Below are positions 1-12,577 of a DNA stretch of 64,000 nucleotides, piece after piece (within the stretch, counting starts at the first letter, position 1; every line of letters begins with the position of its first letter). The position numbers and the translations under genes were made by a program. The stretch lies in the NCBI RefSeq assembly GCF_055900595.2, contig NZ_CM148325.1, one strand, 5' to 3'. The notes beneath the pieces are model-generated. The model saw nothing but the letters and a program-made list of their open reading frames with translations, was not told where the DNA came from and searched no databases.

Positions 1-185
1 GCACGCAGCGTGATAAAAAACGCCCGTTGCTGCACGTTGAAACACCGCCGCGTGAAGTTCTGGAAGCGTTGGCCAATGAACGCAATCCGCTGTATGAAGA
101 GATTGCCGACGTGACCATTCGTACTGATGATCAAAGCGCTAAAGTGGTCGCAAACCAGATTATTCACATGCTGGAAAGCAACTAA
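1..185 (+). CDS. aroK: shikimate kinase I, C-terminal fragment (5' end lies outside window)
   Basis: Open frame from window edge to TAA at about 183-185; peptide ends ...[35 protein letters not shown]; directly upstream of aroB. Confidence 0.8.
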   Translation, partial: TQRDKKRPLLHVETPPREVLEALANERNPLYEEIADVTIRTDDQSAKVVANQIIHMLESN

Positions 186-241
186 TTCTGGCTTTATATA
201 CACTCGTCTGCGGGTACAGTAATTAAGGTGGATGTCGCGTT

Positions 242-1330
242 ATGGAGAGGATTGTCGTTACTCTCGGGGAACGTAGTTACCCAATTACCATCGCATCTGG
301 TTTGTTTAATGAACCAGCTTCATTCTTACCGCTGAAATCGGGCGAGCAGGTCATGTTGGTTACCAACGAAACCCTGGCTCTTCTGTATCTCGATAAGGTC
401 CGCGGCGTACTTGAACAGGCGGGTGTTAACGTCGATAGCGTTATCCTCCCTGACGGCGAGCAGTATAAAAGCCTGGCTGTACTCGATACCGTTTTTACGG
501 CGTTGTTACAAAAGCCGCATGGTCGCGATACTACGCTGGTGGCGCTTGGCGGCGGCGTAGTGGGCGATCTGACCGGCTTTGCGGCGGCGAGTTATCAGCG
601 CGGTGTACGTTTCATTCAAGTCCCGACGACGTTACTGTCGCAGGTCGATTCCTCCGTTGGCGGCAAAACTGCGGTTAACCATCCCCTCGGTAAAAACATG
701 ATTGGCGCGTTCTACCAGCCAGCTTCAGTGGTGGTGGATCTCGACTGTCTGAAAACGCTTCCCCCGCGTGAGTTAGCGTCGGGACTGGCAGAAGTCATCA
801 AATACGGCATTATTCTTGACGGTGCGTTTTTTAACTGGCTGGAAGAGAATCTGGATGCGTTGTTGCGTCTGGACGGTCCGGCAATGGCGTACTGTATTCG
901 CCGTTGTTGTGAACTGAAGGCAGAAGTTGTCGCCGCCGACGAGCGCGAAACCGGGTTACGTGCTTTACTGAATCTGGGACACACCTTTGGTCATGCCATT
1001 GAAGCTGAAATGGGGTATGGCAATTGGTTACACGGTGAAGCGGTTGCTGCGGGTATGGTGATGGCGGCGCGGACGTCGGAACGTCTCGGGCAGTTTAGTT
1101 CTGCCGAAACGCAGCGTATTATAACCCTGCTCACGCGGGCTGGGTTACCGGTCAATGGGCCGCGCGAAATGTCCGCGCAGGCGTATTTACCGCATATGCT
1201 GCGTGACAAGAAAGTCCTTGCGGGAGAGATGCGCTTAATTCTTCCGTTGGCAATTGGTAAGAGTGAAGTTCGCAGCGGCGTTTCGCACGAGCTTGTTCTT
1301 AACGCCATTGCCGATTGTCAATCAGCGTAA
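242..1330 (+). CDS. aroB: 3-dehydroquinate synthase
   Basis: 362-aa ORF, N-term [22 protein letters not shown]; position between aroK and damX. Confidence 0.95.
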   Translation: MERIVVTLGERSYPITIASGLFNEPASFLPLKSGEQVMLVTNETLALLYLDKVRGVLEQAGVNVDSVILPDGEQYKSLAVLDTVFTALLQKPHGRDTTLVALGGGVVGDLTGFAAASYQRGVRFIQVPTTLLSQVDSSVGGKTAVNHPLGKNMIGAFYQPASVVVDLDCLKTLPPRELASGLAEVIKYGIILDGAFFNWLEENLDALLRLDGPAMAYCIRRCCELKAEVVAADERETGLRALLNLGHTFGHAIEAEMGYGNWLHGEAVAAGMVMAARTSERLGQFSSAETQRIITLLTRAGLPVNGPREMSAQAYLPHMLRDKKVLAGEMRLILPLAIGKSEVRSGVSHELVLNAIADCQSA

Positions 1331-1421
1331 CAACAAGAAAGGTCAGGCCGCTTATCAAGCGGTCTATTAGCTTCAGGTTAATTGCAACGTGGTAAGCATT
1401 AACCTTTTAGTGGGGTGTTAA

Positions 1422-2708
1422 ATGGATGAATTCAAACCAGAAGACGAGCTGAAACCCGATCCCAGCGATCGTCGTACTGGTCGTTCTCGTCAATCTTCTG
1501 AACGTTCTGAGCGTACTGAACGTGGCGAACCGCAGATCAATTTTGATGATATTGAACTTGATGACACTGACGATCGCCGTCCGACTCGTGCGCAAAAAGA
1601 GCGCAATGAGGAACCGGAAATCGAAGAAGAAATTGACGAATCCGAAGATGAAACCGTGGATGAAGAGCGCGTAGAGCGTCGCCCGCGTAAGCGCAAAAAA
1701 GCAGCCAGTAAACCCGCTTCTCGTCAGTATATGATGATGGGCGTCGGCATTCTGGTTCTCCTGCTGTTGATCATCGGTATCGGTTCTGCGCTAAAAGCCC
1801 CCTCGACCTCTTCCAGCGATCAAACCGCGTCTGGCGAGAAGAGTATTGATCTTGCTGGCAATGCGACCGATCAGGCGAATGGCGTGCAGCCAGCGCCGGG
1901 AACCACGTCTGCGGAAAATACTCAGCAGGATGTTTCTCTGCCGCCGATCTCTTCTACGCCGACTCAAGGGCAAACCCCGGCGGCAACGGATGGTCAACAA
2001 CGTGTTGAAGTGCAGGGTGACCTGAACAATGCGCTGACCCAGCCACAAAATCAGCAACAGTTGAATAATGTGGCGGTCAATTCCACGTTGCCGACTGAAC
2101 CCGCGACGGTCGCGCCTGTTCGCAATGGCAATGCATCGCGTGACACGGCGAAAACGCAAACCGCTGAACGTCCGGCCACTACGCGTCCAGCTCGCCAGCA
2201 GGCGGTGATTGAACCGAAAAAACCGCAAGCAACCGTGAAAACGGAACCGAAGCCGGTAGCACAGACGCCGAAGCGTACTGAACCAGCTGCTCCTGTGGCG
2301 AGCACGAAGGCACCGGCTGCGACCTCTACGTCAGCACCAAAAGAGACCGCAACTACGGCTCCAGTACAGACGGCATCCCCGGCGCAAACCACGGCAACAC
2401 CAGCCGCTGGAGGGAAGACCGCAGGTAATGTTGGTTCGTTGAAATCGGCACCGTCCAGCCATTACACTTTGCAGCTGAGCAGTTCCTCTAACTACGACAA
2501 CCTGAACGGTTGGGCGAAGAAAGAGAATCTGAAAAACTACGTTGTCTATGAAACGACGCGTAATGGTCAGCCGTGGTATGTCCTGGTTTCTGGCGTGTAC
2601 GCTTCGAAAGAAGAGGCGAAAAAAGCGGTATCTACATTGCCAGCAGATGTCCAGGCCAAAAACCCGTGGGCGAAACCGCTGCGTCAGGTACAGGCCGATC
2701 TGAAGTAA
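1422..2708 (+). CDS. damX: cell-division protein DamX (acidic low-complexity N-terminal region, one TM segment, C-terminal SPOR-like domain)
   Basis: 428-aa ORF; acidic E/D/R-rich N-terminus, hydrophobic stretch [21 protein letters not shown]-rich linker; upstream of dam. Confidence 0.9.
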   Translation: MDEFKPEDELKPDPSDRRTGRSRQSSERSERTERGEPQINFDDIELDDTDDRRPTRAQKERNEEPEIEEEIDESEDETVDEERVERRPRKRKKAASKPASRQYMMMGVGILVLLLLIIGIGSALKAPSTSSSDQTASGEKSIDLAGNATDQANGVQPAPGTTSAENTQQDVSLPPISSTPTQGQTPAATDGQQRVEVQGDLNNALTQPQNQQQLNNVAVNSTLPTEPATVAPVRNGNASRDTAKTQTAERPATTRPARQQAVIEPKKPQATVKTEPKPVAQTPKRTEPAAPVASTKAPAATSTSAPKETATTAPVQTASPAQTTATPAAGGKTAGNVGSLKSAPSSHYTLQLSSSSNYDNLNGWAKKENLKNYVVYETTRNGQPWYVLVSGVYASKEEAKKAVSTLPADVQAKNPWAKPLRQVQADLK

Positions 2709-2814
2709 TCAAGGTTATCTCCCGCAATGGTTTATCATCGCGGGAGTTGCCTGAAGCGCTGGATGCTGTCGGAGCTTTCTCCACAGCCGGAGAAGGTGTA
2801 ATTAGTTAGTCAGC

Positions 2815-3651
2815 ATGAAGAAAAATCGCGCTTTTTTGAAGTGGGCAGGGGGCAAGTATCCCCTGCTTGATGATATTAAACGGCATTTGCCCAAGGGCGA
2901 ATGTCTGGTTGAGCCTTTTGTAGGTGCCGGGTCGGTGTTTCTCAACACCGACTTTTCTCGTTATATCCTTGCCGATATCAATAGCGACCTGATCAGTCTC
3001 TATAACATTGTGAAGATGCGTACTGATGAGTACGTACAGGCCGCACGCGAGCTGTTTGTTCCCGAAACAAATTGCGCCGAGGTTTACTATCAGTTCCGCG
3101 AAGAGTTCAACAAAAGCCAGGATCCGTTCCGTCGGGCGGTACTGTTTTTATATTTGAACCGCTACGGTTACAACGGCCTGTGTCGTTACAATCTGCGCGG
3201 TGAGTTTAACGTGCCGTTTGGCCGCTACAAAAAACCCTATTTCCCGGAAGCAGAGTTGTATCACTTCGCTGAAAAAGCGCAGAATGCCTTTTTCTATTGT
3301 GAGTCTTACGCCGATAGCATGGCGCGCGCAGATGATGCATCCGTCGTCTATTGCGATCCGCCTTATGCGCCGCTGTCTGCGACCGCCAACTTTACGGCGT
3401 ATCACACAAACAGTTTTACGCTTGAACAACAAGCGCATCTGGCGGAGATCGCCGAAGGTCTGGTTGAGCGCCATATTCCAGTGCTGATCTCCAATCACGA
3501 TACGATGTTAACGCGTGAGTGGTATCAGCGCGCAAAATTGCATGTCGTCAAAGTTCGACGCAGTATAAGCAGCAACGGCGGCACACGTAAAAAGGTGGAC
3601 GAACTGCTGGCTTTGTACAAACCAGGAGTCGTTTCACCCGCGAAAAAATAA
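2815..3651 (+). CDS. dam: DNA adenine methyltransferase (GATC N6-adenine MTase, orphan)
   Basis: 278-aa ORF with DPPY catalytic motif ([11 protein letters not shown]) and N-terminal SAM-binding region; operon context damX-dam-rpe-gph-trpS. Confidence 0.95.
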
Positions 3652-3668
3652 TTCTCAAGGAGAAGCGG

Positions 3669-4346
3669 ATGAAACAGTATTTGATTGCCCCCTCAATTCT
3701 GTCGGCTGATTTTGCCCGCCTGGGTGAAGATACCGCAAAAGCCCTGGCAGCTGGCGCTGATGTCGTGCATTTTGACGTCATGGATAACCACTATGTTCCC
3801 AATCTGACGATTGGGCCAATGGTGCTGAAATCTCTGCGTAATTATGGCATTACTGCCCCTATTGATGTGCATCTGATGGTGAAACCGGTCGATCGCATTG
3901 TGCCAGATTTCGCTGCCGCTGGTGCCAGCATCATAACCTTTCATCCAGAAGCCTCCGAGCATGTTGACCGCACGCTGCAACTGATTAAAGAAAATGGCTG
4001 TAAAGCGGGGCTGGTATTTAACCCGGCGACACCGCTGAGCTATCTGGATTACGTGATGGATAAGCTGGATGTGATCCTGCTGATGTCCGTCAACCCTGGT
4101 TTCGGCGGTCAGTCTTTCATTCCTCAAACACTGGATAAACTGCGCGAAGTACGTCGTCGTATCGACGAGTCTGGCTTCGACATTCGACTGGAAGTGGACG
4201 GCGGCGTGAAGGTGAACAACATTGGCGAAATCGCTGCGGCAGGTGCCGATATGTTCGTCGCTGGTTCGGCCATTTTCGATCAGCCAGACTACAAAAAGGT
4301 CATTGATGAAATGCGCAGTGAACTGGCAAAGGTAAGTCATGAATAA
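3669..4346 (+). CDS. rpe: ribulose-phosphate 3-epimerase
   Basis: 225-aa ORF, N-term [21 protein letters not shown]; 8-nt overlap with gph. Confidence 0.95.
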   Translation: MKQYLIAPSILSADFARLGEDTAKALAAGADVVHFDVMDNHYVPNLTIGPMVLKSLRNYGITAPIDVHLMVKPVDRIVPDFAAAGASIITFHPEASEHVDRTLQLIKENGCKAGLVFNPATPLSYLDYVMDKLDVILLMSVNPGFGGQSFIPQTLDKLREVRRRIDESGFDIRLEVDGGVKVNNIGEIAAAGADMFVAGSAIFDQPDYKKVIDEMRSELAKVSHE

Positions 4347-5097
4347 GTTTGAAGATATTCGCGGCGTCGCTTTTGATCTCGATGGTACGCTGGTGGACAG
4401 TGCTCCTGGTCTGGCTGCTGCGGTAGATATGGCGCTGTATGCGCTGGAGTTGCCCGTCGCAGGTGAAGAGCGTGTTATTACCTGGATTGGTAATGGCGCA
4501 GATGTTCTGATGGAGCGTGCATTGACCTGGGCGCGTCAGGAACGTGCGACTCTGCGTAAAACAATGGGTAAACCGCCCGTTGATGACGACATTCCGGCAG
4601 AAGAACAGGTACGTATTCTGCGGAAACTGTTCGATCGCTACTATGGCGAGGTTGCCGAAGAGGGGACGTTTTTGTTCCCGCACGTTGCCGATACGCTTGG
4701 CGCATTGCAGGCAAAAGGCCTGCCGCTAGGTCTGGTCACCAACAAACCGACGCCGTTCGTCGCGCCACTGCTCGAAGCCTTAGATATCGCAAAATACTTT
4801 AGCGTGGTCATTGGCGGCGATGATGTGCAAAACAAAAAACCGCATCCGGACCCACTGTTACTGGTGGCTGAGCGGATGGGCATTGCCCCACAACAGATGC
4901 TGTTTGTTGGCGACTCACGCAATGATATTCAGGCAGCAAAAGCAGCTGGTTGCCCTTCTGTTGGTTTAACCTATGGATATAACTACGGCGAGGCTATCGA
5001 TCTTAGCCAGCCTGATGTAATTTATCAGTCTATCAATGACCTTCTGCCCGCACTAGGGCTTCCGCATAGCGAAAATCAGGAATCGAAAAATGACTAA
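4339..5097 (+). CDS. gph: phosphoglycolate phosphatase (HAD superfamily)
   Basis: 252-aa ORF with HAD motif [11 protein letters not shown]; overlaps rpe and trpS. Confidence 0.9.
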   Translation: MNKFEDIRGVAFDLDGTLVDSAPGLAAAVDMALYALELPVAGEERVITWIGNGADVLMERALTWARQERATLRKTMGKPPVDDDIPAEEQVRILRKLFDRYYGEVAEEGTFLFPHVADTLGALQAKGLPLGLVTNKPTPFVAPLLEALDIAKYFSVVIGGDDVQNKKPHPDPLLLVAERMGIAPQQMLFVGDSRNDIQAAKAAGCPSVGLTYGYNYGEAIDLSQPDVIYQSINDLLPALGLPHSENQESKND

Positions 5098-6094
5098 GCC
5101 CATCGTTTTTAGTGGCGCACAGCCCTCAGGTGAATTGACCATTGGTAACTACATGGGTGCGCTGCGTCAGTGGGTAAACATGCAGGATGACTACCATTGC
5201 ATTTACTGTATCGTTGACCAACATGCGATCACCGTGCGCCAGGATGCACAGAAGCTGCGTAAAGCAACACTGGATACGCTGGCGTTGTATCTGGCTTGTG
5301 GTATCGATCCTGAGAAAAGCACCATTTTTGTTCAGTCCCACGTGCCGGAACATGCGCAGTTAGGCTGGGCACTGAACTGCTATACCTACTTCGGCGAACT
5401 GAGCCGTATGACCCAGTTTAAAGACAAATCTGCGCGTTATGCCGAGAATATCAATGCTGGTCTGTTTGATTATCCGGTGCTGATGGCGGCGGATATTCTA
5501 CTGTATCAAACCAACCTGGTGCCGGTGGGTGAAGACCAGAAACAGCACCTGGAACTGAGCCGCGATATCGCCCAGCGTTTCAACGCGCTGTATGGCGATA
5601 TTTTTAAAGTGCCGGAACCGTTTATTCCGAAATCCGGCGCGCGCGTAATGTCGCTGCTGGAGCCGACCAAGAAGATGTCCAAGTCTGACGATAATCGCAA
5701 TAACGTTATCGGCCTGCTGGAAGATCCGAAATCGGTCGTGAAGAAAATCAAACGCGCGGTCACTGACTCCGACGAGCCGCCGGTAGTTCGCTATGATGTG
5801 CAGAATAAAGCGGGCGTTTCCAACCTGCTGGATATCCTTTCTGCGGTAACTGGCCAGAGTATCCCGGAACTGGAAAAACAGTTCGAAGGCAAGATGTATG
5901 GTCATCTGAAAGGCGAAGTGGCTGATGCCGTTTCTGGTATGCTGACTGAATTGCAGGAACGTTATCACCGTTTCCGCAACGACGAAGCCTTCCTGCAACA
6001 GGTCATGAAAGACGGCGCAGAAAAAGCCAGTGCACACGCTTCCCGGACGCTGAAAGCGGTTTACGAAGCGATTGGTTTTGTGGCGAAGCCGTAA
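5090..6094 (+). CDS. trpS: tryptophanyl-tRNA synthetase
   Basis: 334-aa ORF with class I KMSKS motif (KKMSKSDDN) and HIGH-region equivalent TIGNYMG. Confidence 0.95.
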   Translation: MTKPIVFSGAQPSGELTIGNYMGALRQWVNMQDDYHCIYCIVDQHAITVRQDAQKLRKATLDTLALYLACGIDPEKSTIFVQSHVPEHAQLGWALNCYTYFGELSRMTQFKDKSARYAENINAGLFDYPVLMAADILLYQTNLVPVGEDQKQHLELSRDIAQRFNALYGDIFKVPEPFIPKSGARVMSLLEPTKKMSKSDDNRNNVIGLLEDPKSVVKKIKRAVTDSDEPPVVRYDVQNKAGVSNLLDILSAVTGQSIPELEKQFEGKMYGHLKGEVADAVSGMLTELQERYHRFRNDEAFLQQVMKDGAEKASAHASRTLKAVYEAIGFVAKP

Positions 6095-6109
6095 TTTAAC
6101 ATTAATGCC

Positions 6110-6135
6110 AAAAACCGGGGAAACCCGGTTTTTTT
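6110..6135 (+). terminator. rho-independent terminator after trpS
   Basis: AAAAACCGGG-GAAA-CCCGGTTTTTTT stem-loop with T-run immediately after trpS stop. Confidence 0.8.
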
Positions 6136-6203
6136 ATCCTCATTTGCAATAATCCGAAAAAATGTGAAGCGCCTCGCCGTTTCCACATCTCACAGTTGCC
6201 ACT

Positions 6204-6225
6204 TATCTTCATTTTAATGAAGATA
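6204..6225. promoter_or_regulatory. perfect 10-bp inverted repeat (TATCTTCATT-tt-AATGAAGATA), candidate operator about 30 bp upstream of yhfZ
   Basis: Palindrome read directly from sequence in the AT-rich trpS-yhfZ intergenic region. Confidence 0.4.
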
Positions 6226-6253
6226 TAAACATTCATTTTATTGAAAATATATT

Positions 6254-7159
6254 ATGCGTCGAACGTTTATCAAAAAAGAAGGCGTCGTCATCACGACACT
6301 GGCCCGTTATTTGTTGGGTGAAAAATGCGGTAATCGACTGAAAACCATAGATGAACTGGCAACTGAATGCCATTCATCCGTTGGCCTGACGCAGGCCGCG
6401 TTGAAAACGCTGGAATCAAGCGGTGCGATACGAATTGAACGCCGCGGGCGCAATGGCAGTTATCTGGTGGAAATGGATAACAAAGCACTGCTGAGTCATG
6501 TGGATATCAACAACGTTGTGTGTGCCATGCCCTTGCCCTATACCCGCTTGTACGAAGGTTTAGCGAGTGGACTGAAAGCTCAGTTTGATGGCATTCCTTT
6601 TTATTATGCGCACATGCGCGGTGCGGATATTCGCGTGGAGTGTTTGCTTAACGGTGTCTATGACATGGCGGTGGTTTCCCGACTGGCGGCAGAAAGTTAT
6701 CTCACGCAAAAAGGCTTATGCCTCGCGCTGGAGTTGGGGCCGCATACCTACGTTGGCGAGCACCAGTTGATTTGCCGTAAAGGCGAGTCCGCAAACGTGA
6801 AACGCGTGGGGCTGGATAACCGTTCGGCGGATCAGAAAATCATGACCGATGTCTTTTTTGGCAGTAGCGATGTAGAACGTGTCGATCTCTCTTATCACGA
6901 GAGTTTACAACGCATTGTTAAAGGCGATGTCGATGCGGTGATCTGGAACGTGGTAGCGGAGAGCGAACTGGCCATGCTGGGATTAGAAGCGATGCCACTG
7001 ACGAACGATCTGCGATTTTTACAGGCTACTGAAGCCGTGATACTAACGCGTGCCGATGATTACCCAATGCAACAACTGCTGCGTGCAGTGGTTGATAAAC
7101 AGGCCCTGCTTGCCCATCAACAACGAGTGGTGAGTGGGGAACAGGAACCCAGTTATTAA
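6254..7159 (+). CDS. yhfZ: putative transcriptional regulator of the yhf cluster (N-terminal HTH-like region plus ligand-binding-like domain)
   Basis: 301-aa ORF, first gene of eight co-directional ORFs; recognised as YhfZ by length and position. Confidence 0.75.
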   Translation: MRRTFIKKEGVVITTLARYLLGEKCGNRLKTIDELATECHSSVGLTQAALKTLESSGAIRIERRGRNGSYLVEMDNKALLSHVDINNVVCAMPLPYTRLYEGLASGLKAQFDGIPFYYAHMRGADIRVECLLNGVYDMAVVSRLAAESYLTQKGLCLALELGPHTYVGEHQLICRKGESANVKRVGLDNRSADQKIMTDVFFGSSDVERVDLSYHESLQRIVKGDVDAVIWNVVAESELAMLGLEAMPLTNDLRFLQATEAVILTRADDYPMQQLLRAVVDKQALLAHQQRVVSGEQEPSY

Positions 7160-7175
7160 ATGAAAGGCATCTGAA

Positions 7176-7538
7176 ATGGAAACCAGACTCAACCTGCTTT
7201 GCGAGGCAGGCGTTATTGATAAGGACATCTGCAAAGGCATGATGCAGGTCGTCAAGGTACTGGAAACCGAATGCCATTTGCCAGTGCGCAGCGAGCAAGG
7301 AATGATGGCGATGACACATATGGCGAGCGCACTGATGCGCAGTCGCCGTGGTGAAGAAATAGAGCCGCTGGATAACGAATTGCTGGCAGAGCTGGCGCAA
7401 TCCAGCCACTGGTCAGCCATTTTACAATTGCATCAGGTGTTGTTGAAGGAATTCGCACTGGAAGTTAACCCGTGTGAAGAAGGCTATTTGCTGGCCAACC
7501 TTTATGGATTATGGATGGCTGCTAACGAAGAGGTTTGA
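7176..7538 (+). CDS. yhfY: small cytoplasmic protein of unknown function (YhfY family)
   Basis: 120-aa ORF 17 nt after yhfZ. Confidence 0.65.
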   Translation: METRLNLLCEAGVIDKDICKGMMQVVKVLETECHLPVRSEQGMMAMTHMASALMRSRRGEEIEPLDNELLAELAQSSHWSAILQLHQVLLKEFALEVNPCEEGYLLANLYGLWMAANEEV

Positions 7539-7621
7539 GGCTCCCGACAAATCCACGTCGCACAACCTAAATATTCAAAAAAATGAATATTTAATTCAAG
7601 GAACAGAAACGAGGCAACAAG

Positions 7622-8785
7622 ATGTTTGTAGAAGCATTGAAACGCCAGAACCCGGCACTGATTTCCGCCGCACTAAGATTGTGGCAACAGGGCAAGATCG
7701 CCCCGGACAGTTGGGTAATCGACGTGGATCAGATACTGGAAAACGGTAAGCGGCTGATTGAGACGGCGCGGCTTTACGGCATTGAACTGTATCTGATGAC
7801 CAAGCAGTTTGGTCGTAATCCGTGGCTGGCGGAAAAACTACTGGCATTGGGCTACAGCGGCATTGTGGCGGTGGATTACAAAGAGGCGCGAGTCATGCGC
7901 CGCGCCGGTTTGCCGGTGGCGCATCAGGGGCATCTGGTACAAATCCCTTGTCATCAGGTTTCTGACGCCGTTGAACAGGGCACCGACGTCATCACCGTGT
8001 TTACACTCGACAAAGCGCGGGAAGTTTCTGCCGCAGCGGTGACGGCCGGGCGGGTCCAGCCTGTGCTGCTCAAAGTTTATAGCGACGATGATTTTCTTTA
8101 TCCGGGGCAGGAGAGCGGTTTTGCACAGCATTCGCTGCATGAGGTGGTTGCTGAAATCCAGAAACTACCGGGGTTACATTTAGCCGGATTAACCCATTTC
8201 CCTTGCCTGCTATGGGATGAGGCTGCCGGGAAAGTTTTGCCAACACCGAACCTCCAGACGCTGGTCAATGCTCGTAACCAACTTCTGAAGTCTGGAGTTG
8301 TACTTGAGCAATTAAACGCGCCTTCAGCGACCAGCTGCACTTCGCTGCCATTACTGGCGGAATACGGTGTGACTCATGCCGAACCCGGCCATGCACTGAC
8401 GGGGACGATTCCGGCAAACCAGCAGGGCGACCAACCCGAACGTATCGCCATGCTTTGGCTGAGCGAAATTTCCCATCACTTCCGTGGCGACAGCTACTGC
8501 TACGGCGGCGGTTATTACCGTCGTGGTCACGCGCAACATGCGCTGGTGTTTACGCCAGAAAATCAAAAGATTACTGAAACCAATATCAAAACTGTGGATG
8601 ACAGCAGTATCGACTACACCCTGCCGCTGGCAGGCGAGTATCCGGTGAGCAGTGCAGTGGTGCTCTGTTTTCGCACGCAGATTTTTGTCACCCGTAGCGA
8701 TGTGGTGCTGGTGTCCGGTATTCACCGTGGCGAACCGGAAATCGTTGGTCGTTATGACAGTCTTGGAAGCTCTCTGGAGGCGTAA
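7622..8785 (+). CDS. yhfX: putative PLP-dependent enzyme (alanine-racemase-like fold), function unknown
   Basis: 387-aa ORF; stop overlaps yhfW start by 1 nt. Confidence 0.75.
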   Translation: MFVEALKRQNPALISAALRLWQQGKIAPDSWVIDVDQILENGKRLIETARLYGIELYLMTKQFGRNPWLAEKLLALGYSGIVAVDYKEARVMRRAGLPVAHQGHLVQIPCHQVSDAVEQGTDVITVFTLDKAREVSAAAVTAGRVQPVLLKVYSDDDFLYPGQESGFAQHSLHEVVAEIQKLPGLHLAGLTHFPCLLWDEAAGKVLPTPNLQTLVNARNQLLKSGVVLEQLNAPSATSCTSLPLLAEYGVTHAEPGHALTGTIPANQQGDQPERIAMLWLSEISHHFRGDSYCYGGGYYRRGHAQHALVFTPENQKITETNIKTVDDSSIDYTLPLAGEYPVSSAVVLCFRTQIFVTRSDVVLVSGIHRGEPEIVGRYDSLGSSLEA

Positions 8786-10011
8786 TGGCGCGATTTGTGG
8801 TGTTAGTGATTGATAGCTTTGGCGTAGGCGCAATGAAAGATGTCACGTTGGTGCGCCCACAGGATGCCGGGGCGAATACCTGTGGTCACATCCTGAGCCA
8901 ACTGCCGCATTTGCAGCTACCAACGCTGGAGAAGCTGGGGCTAATCAACGCATTAGGTTATGCGCCAGGCGATATGCAGCCGTCAGACTCCGCAACCTGG
9001 GGTGTGGCAGAGCTGCAACATGAAGGTGGCGATACCTTTATGGGGCATCAGGAAATTTTAGGCACGCGCCCGTTACCGCCGCTGCGGATGCCCTTTCGCG
9101 ATGTGATTGACCGTGTTGAACAGGCATTAGTCACCGCTGGCTGGCGGGTTGAGCGCCGTGGCGAAGAGTTGCAATTTCTGTGGGTTAATCAGTCGGTTGC
9201 CATTGGCGATAACCTCGAGGCGGATTTAGGCCAGGTCTATAACATCACCGCCAATCTCTCTGCGATCTCTTTTGACGACGCAATCAAAATTGGTCGTATC
9301 GTGCGTGAGCAGGTACAGGCCGGTCGGGTCATTACATTTGGCGGCCTGTTAACTGACAGTCAGCGCATTCTCGATGCCGCAGAAAGCAAAGAAGGGCGCT
9401 TTATTGGCATCAATGCGCCGCGTTCTGGCGCTTATGACAATGGCTTCCAGGTCGTACATATGGGCTACGGCGTCGATGAAAAAGTGCAGGTGCCGCACCA
9501 ACTGCATCAAGTGGGCGTGCCCACGGTGCTGGTGGGTAAGGTGGCAGATATTGTCAGCAATCCTTATGGCGTGAGCTGGCAAAACCTGGTGGATAGCCAG
9601 CGGATTATGGATGTCACCCTCGACGAATTTAACACGCATCCGACGGCGTTTATTTGCACCAATATCCAGGAAACCGACCTCGCTGGTCACGCAGAAGACG
9701 TCGCACGTTATGCTGAACGTTTGCAGGTCGTTGACCGTAACCTTGTCCGGCTTGTTGAGGCGATGCAGCCAGATGATTGCCTGGTCGTGATGGCGGATCA
9801 CGGTAACGATCCGACCATTGGTCACAGCCACCATACCCGTGAAGTAGTGCCAGTGCTGGTTTATCAGCAAGGGCTGGTCCACACGCAACTCGGTGTGCGC
9901 ACCACGCTTTCTGATGTGGGGGCTACCGTGTGTGAATTTTTCCGTGCGCCACCGCCACAAAATGGTCGCTCTTTTCTTTCCTCCCTCCGGTTTGCAGGAG
10001 ACACCCTATGA
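8785..10011 (+). CDS. yhfW: phosphopentomutase-like metalloenzyme, function unknown
   Basis: 408-aa ORF; N-terminus [11 protein letters not shown] resembles the DeoB metal-binding DSxGxG motif; overlaps php by 4 nt. Confidence 0.75.
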   Translation: MARFVVLVIDSFGVGAMKDVTLVRPQDAGANTCGHILSQLPHLQLPTLEKLGLINALGYAPGDMQPSDSATWGVAELQHEGGDTFMGHQEILGTRPLPPLRMPFRDVIDRVEQALVTAGWRVERRGEELQFLWVNQSVAIGDNLEADLGQVYNITANLSAISFDDAIKIGRIVREQVQAGRVITFGGLLTDSQRILDAAESKEGRFIGINAPRSGAYDNGFQVVHMGYGVDEKVQVPHQLHQVGVPTVLVGKVADIVSNPYGVSWQNLVDSQRIMDVTLDEFNTHPTAFICTNIQETDLAGHAEDVARYAERLQVVDRNLVRLVEAMQPDDCLVVMADHGNDPTIGHSHHTREVVPVLVYQQGLVHTQLGVRTTLSDVGATVCEFFRAPPPQNGRSFLSSLRFAGDTL

Positions 10012-10886
10012 GTTTTGATCCGACGGGCTTCACCCTCGCCCATGAGCATCTGCATATTGATCTCTCCGGCTTTAAAAACAACGTGGACTGCCGCCTTGAT
10101 CAGTATGCGTTCATTTGCCAGGAGATGAACGACCTGATGGCACAGGGTGTGCGTAATGTGATTGAGATGACCAACCGTTACATGGGGCGCAATGCACAAT
10201 TTATGCTCGATGTAATGCACGAGACGGGGATCAACGTGGTGGCCTGCACCGGTTATTACCAGGACGCGTTTTTCCCGCAACATGTGGCGACCCGCAGCGT
10301 GCAGGAACTGGCGCAGGAGATGGTCGATGAAATTGAACAGGGTATCGATGGCACGGAGCTGAAAGCCGGGATCATCGCGGAGATTGGCTCCAGCGAAGGA
10401 AAGATTACGCCGCTGGAAGAGAAAGTTTTTATTGCCGCCGCGCTGGCACATAACCAGACCGGACGCTCGATCTCCACGCATACGTCGTTCAGCACGATGG
10501 GGCTGGAGCAATTGGCTCTGTTGCAAGCCCACGGAGTTGATCTTTCGCGCGTCACCGTTGGTCACTGCGATCTGAAAGACAACCTCGACAACATTTTGAA
10601 GATGATCGATCTCGGCGCGTATGTGCAGTTCGACACCATCGGCAAGAACAGTTACTACCCGGACGAAAAGCGCATTGCGATGCTCCACGCGCTACGTGAC
10701 CGTGGGTTGCTGAACCGCGTCATGCTGTCGATGGATATTACGCGCCGCTCTCATTTAAAAGCCAACGGTGGTTATGGCTATGACTATTTATTAACCACCT
10801 TTATTCCGCAATTGCGCCAGTCAGGATTCAGTCAGGCCGATGTGGATGTGATGTTACGTGAAACTCCCTCTCAATTTTTCCAATAA
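10008..10886 (+). CDS. php: phosphotriesterase-homology protein (amidohydrolase superfamily, binuclear metal hydrolase)
   Basis: 292-aa ORF with N-terminal HxH metal motif ([12 protein letters not shown]). Confidence 0.85.
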   Translation: MSFDPTGFTLAHEHLHIDLSGFKNNVDCRLDQYAFICQEMNDLMAQGVRNVIEMTNRYMGRNAQFMLDVMHETGINVVACTGYYQDAFFPQHVATRSVQELAQEMVDEIEQGIDGTELKAGIIAEIGSSEGKITPLEEKVFIAAALAHNQTGRSISTHTSFSTMGLEQLALLQAHGVDLSRVTVGHCDLKDNLDNILKMIDLGAYVQFDTIGKNSYYPDEKRIAMLHALRDRGLLNRVMLSMDITRRSHLKANGGYGYDYLLTTFIPQLRQSGFSQADVDVMLRETPSQFFQ

Positions 10887-10896
10887 GGACAGACTC

Positions 10897-11250
10897 ATGA
10901 AAAAGATTGGTGTTGCAGGCTTACAGCGTGAGCAGATTAAAAAAACCATTGAAGCGACGGCTCCTGGCTGTTTTGAAGTTTTCATTCATAACGACATGGA
11001 AGCGGCGATGAAGGTGAAATCCGGGCAACTGGATTACTACATCGGCGCGTGTAATACCGGGGCGGGCGCGGCATTGTCGATTGCCATCGCGGTGATTGGC
11101 TATAACAAAAGTTGCACTATTGCCAAGCCGGGCATTAAAGCGAAAGACGAGCATATCGCCAAAATGATCGCCGAAGGGAAAGTGGCGTTTGGGCTTTCCG
11201 TTGAGCATGTCGAACACGCGATTCCGATGCTGATTAACCATCTGAAATAA
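10897..11250 (+). CDS. yhfU: small protein of unknown function (YhfU family)
   Basis: 117-aa reading from ATG preceded by AAGGA; track ORF begins 39 nt further upstream inside php. Confidence 0.65.
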   Translation: MKKIGVAGLQREQIKKTIEATAPGCFEVFIHNDMEAAMKVKSGQLDYYIGACNTGAGAALSIAIAVIGYNKSCTIAKPGIKAKDEHIAKMIAEGKVAFGLSVEHVEHAIPMLINHLK

Positions 11251-11261
11251 AAGGCACGACT

Positions 11262-12566
11262 ATGGATCTGTATATTCAGATTATCGTGGTGGCGTGCCTG
11301 ACGGGTATGACATCGCTTCTGGCGCATCGCTCGGCAGCCGTTTTTCATGACGGTATCCGCCCGATCCTGCCGCAACTGATTGAAGGCTATATGAACCGTC
11401 GTGAGGCGGGGAGTATCGCTTTTGGTCTGAGCATTGGTTTTGTGGCCTCGGTGGGGATCTCTTTTACCCTGAAAACCGGGTTGCTCAACGCATGGTTACT
11501 CTTTCTTCCTACCGATATCCTCGGTGTCCTGGCGATAAACAGCCTGATGGCGTTTGGCCTTGGTGCACTCTGGGGCGTACTGATCCTCACCTGCCTGCTG
11601 CCGGTAAACCAGCTGCTGACCGCGCTACCGGTGGATGTATTAGGTAGTCTGGGGGAATTAAGCTCGCCAGTGGTTTCAGCTTTTGCACTGTTCCCGTTGG
11701 TGGCGATTTTCTACCAGTTTGGCTGGAAGCAAAGTCTGATCGCCGCCGTGGTAGTGTTGATGACCCGTGTGGTGGTAGTGCGCTATTTCCCGCATCTCAA
11801 TCCGGAATCCATCGAAATCTTTATTGGCATGGTGATGCTGCTGGGGATCGCGATAACTCACGACCTGCGTCATCGTGATGAAAATGACATCGATGCCAGC
11901 GGTATGTCGGTGTTTGAAGAACGTACGTCGAGGATTATCAAAAATTTACCCTATATCGCCATCGTAGGGGCGCTGATTGCCGCCGTTGCCAGCATGAAGA
12001 TTTTTGCTGGTAGTGAAGTGTCGATCTTCACCCTGGAGAAAGCATATTCCGCAGGTGTAACGCCGGAACAATCACAAACGCTGATCAACCAGGCGGCGCT
12101 GGCGGAATTTATGCGCGGGCTGGGTTTTGTGCCGTTGATTGCCACCACCGCGTTAGCAACAGGTGTGTATGCAGTTGCGGGCTTTACCTTTGTTTATGCG
12201 GTGGGCTATCTCTCGCCGAATCCGATGATTGCAGCGGTATTAGGCGCAGTGGTTATTTCGGCGGAAGTCCTGTTACTTCGTTCGATCGGCAAATGGCTGG
12301 GACGCTATCCATCGGTACGTAACGCGTCGGATAACATCCGTAACGCCATGAATATGCTGATGGAAGTGGCGTTGCTGGTCGGTTCGATTTTCGCAGCAAT
12401 TAAAATGGCGGGCTATACCGGATTCTCCATCGCGGTTGCCATTTACTTCCTCAACGAATCCCTGGGCCGTCCGGTACAGAAAATGGCGGCACCGGTCGTA
12501 GCAGTAATGATCACTGGCATCCTGCTGAATGTTCTTTACTGGCTTGGTCTGTTCGTTCCGGCTTAA
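11262..12566 (+). CDS. yhfT: polytopic inner-membrane protein, putative transporter (YhfT family)
   Basis: 434-aa ORF, multiple hydrophobic segments. Confidence 0.75.
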   Translation: MDLYIQIIVVACLTGMTSLLAHRSAAVFHDGIRPILPQLIEGYMNRREAGSIAFGLSIGFVASVGISFTLKTGLLNAWLLFLPTDILGVLAINSLMAFGLGALWGVLILTCLLPVNQLLTALPVDVLGSLGELSSPVVSAFALFPLVAIFYQFGWKQSLIAAVVVLMTRVVVVRYFPHLNPESIEIFIGMVMLLGIAITHDLRHRDENDIDASGMSVFEERTSRIIKNLPYIAIVGALIAAVASMKIFAGSEVSIFTLEKAYSAGVTPEQSQTLINQAALAEFMRGLGFVPLIATTALATGVYAVAGFTFVYAVGYLSPNPMIAAVLGAVVISAEVLLLRSIGKWLGRYPSVRNASDNIRNAMNMLMEVALLVGSIFAAIKMAGYTGFSIAVAIYFLNESLGRPVQKMAAPVVAVMITGILLNVLYWLGLFVPA

Positions 12567-12577
12567 AGAAGGCACCT

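Noticed and set aside
1490-2392. Several 68-145-aa minus-strand ORFs inside damX
   Set aside because: Antisense to damX; created by its low-complexity, repeat-rich coding sequence.
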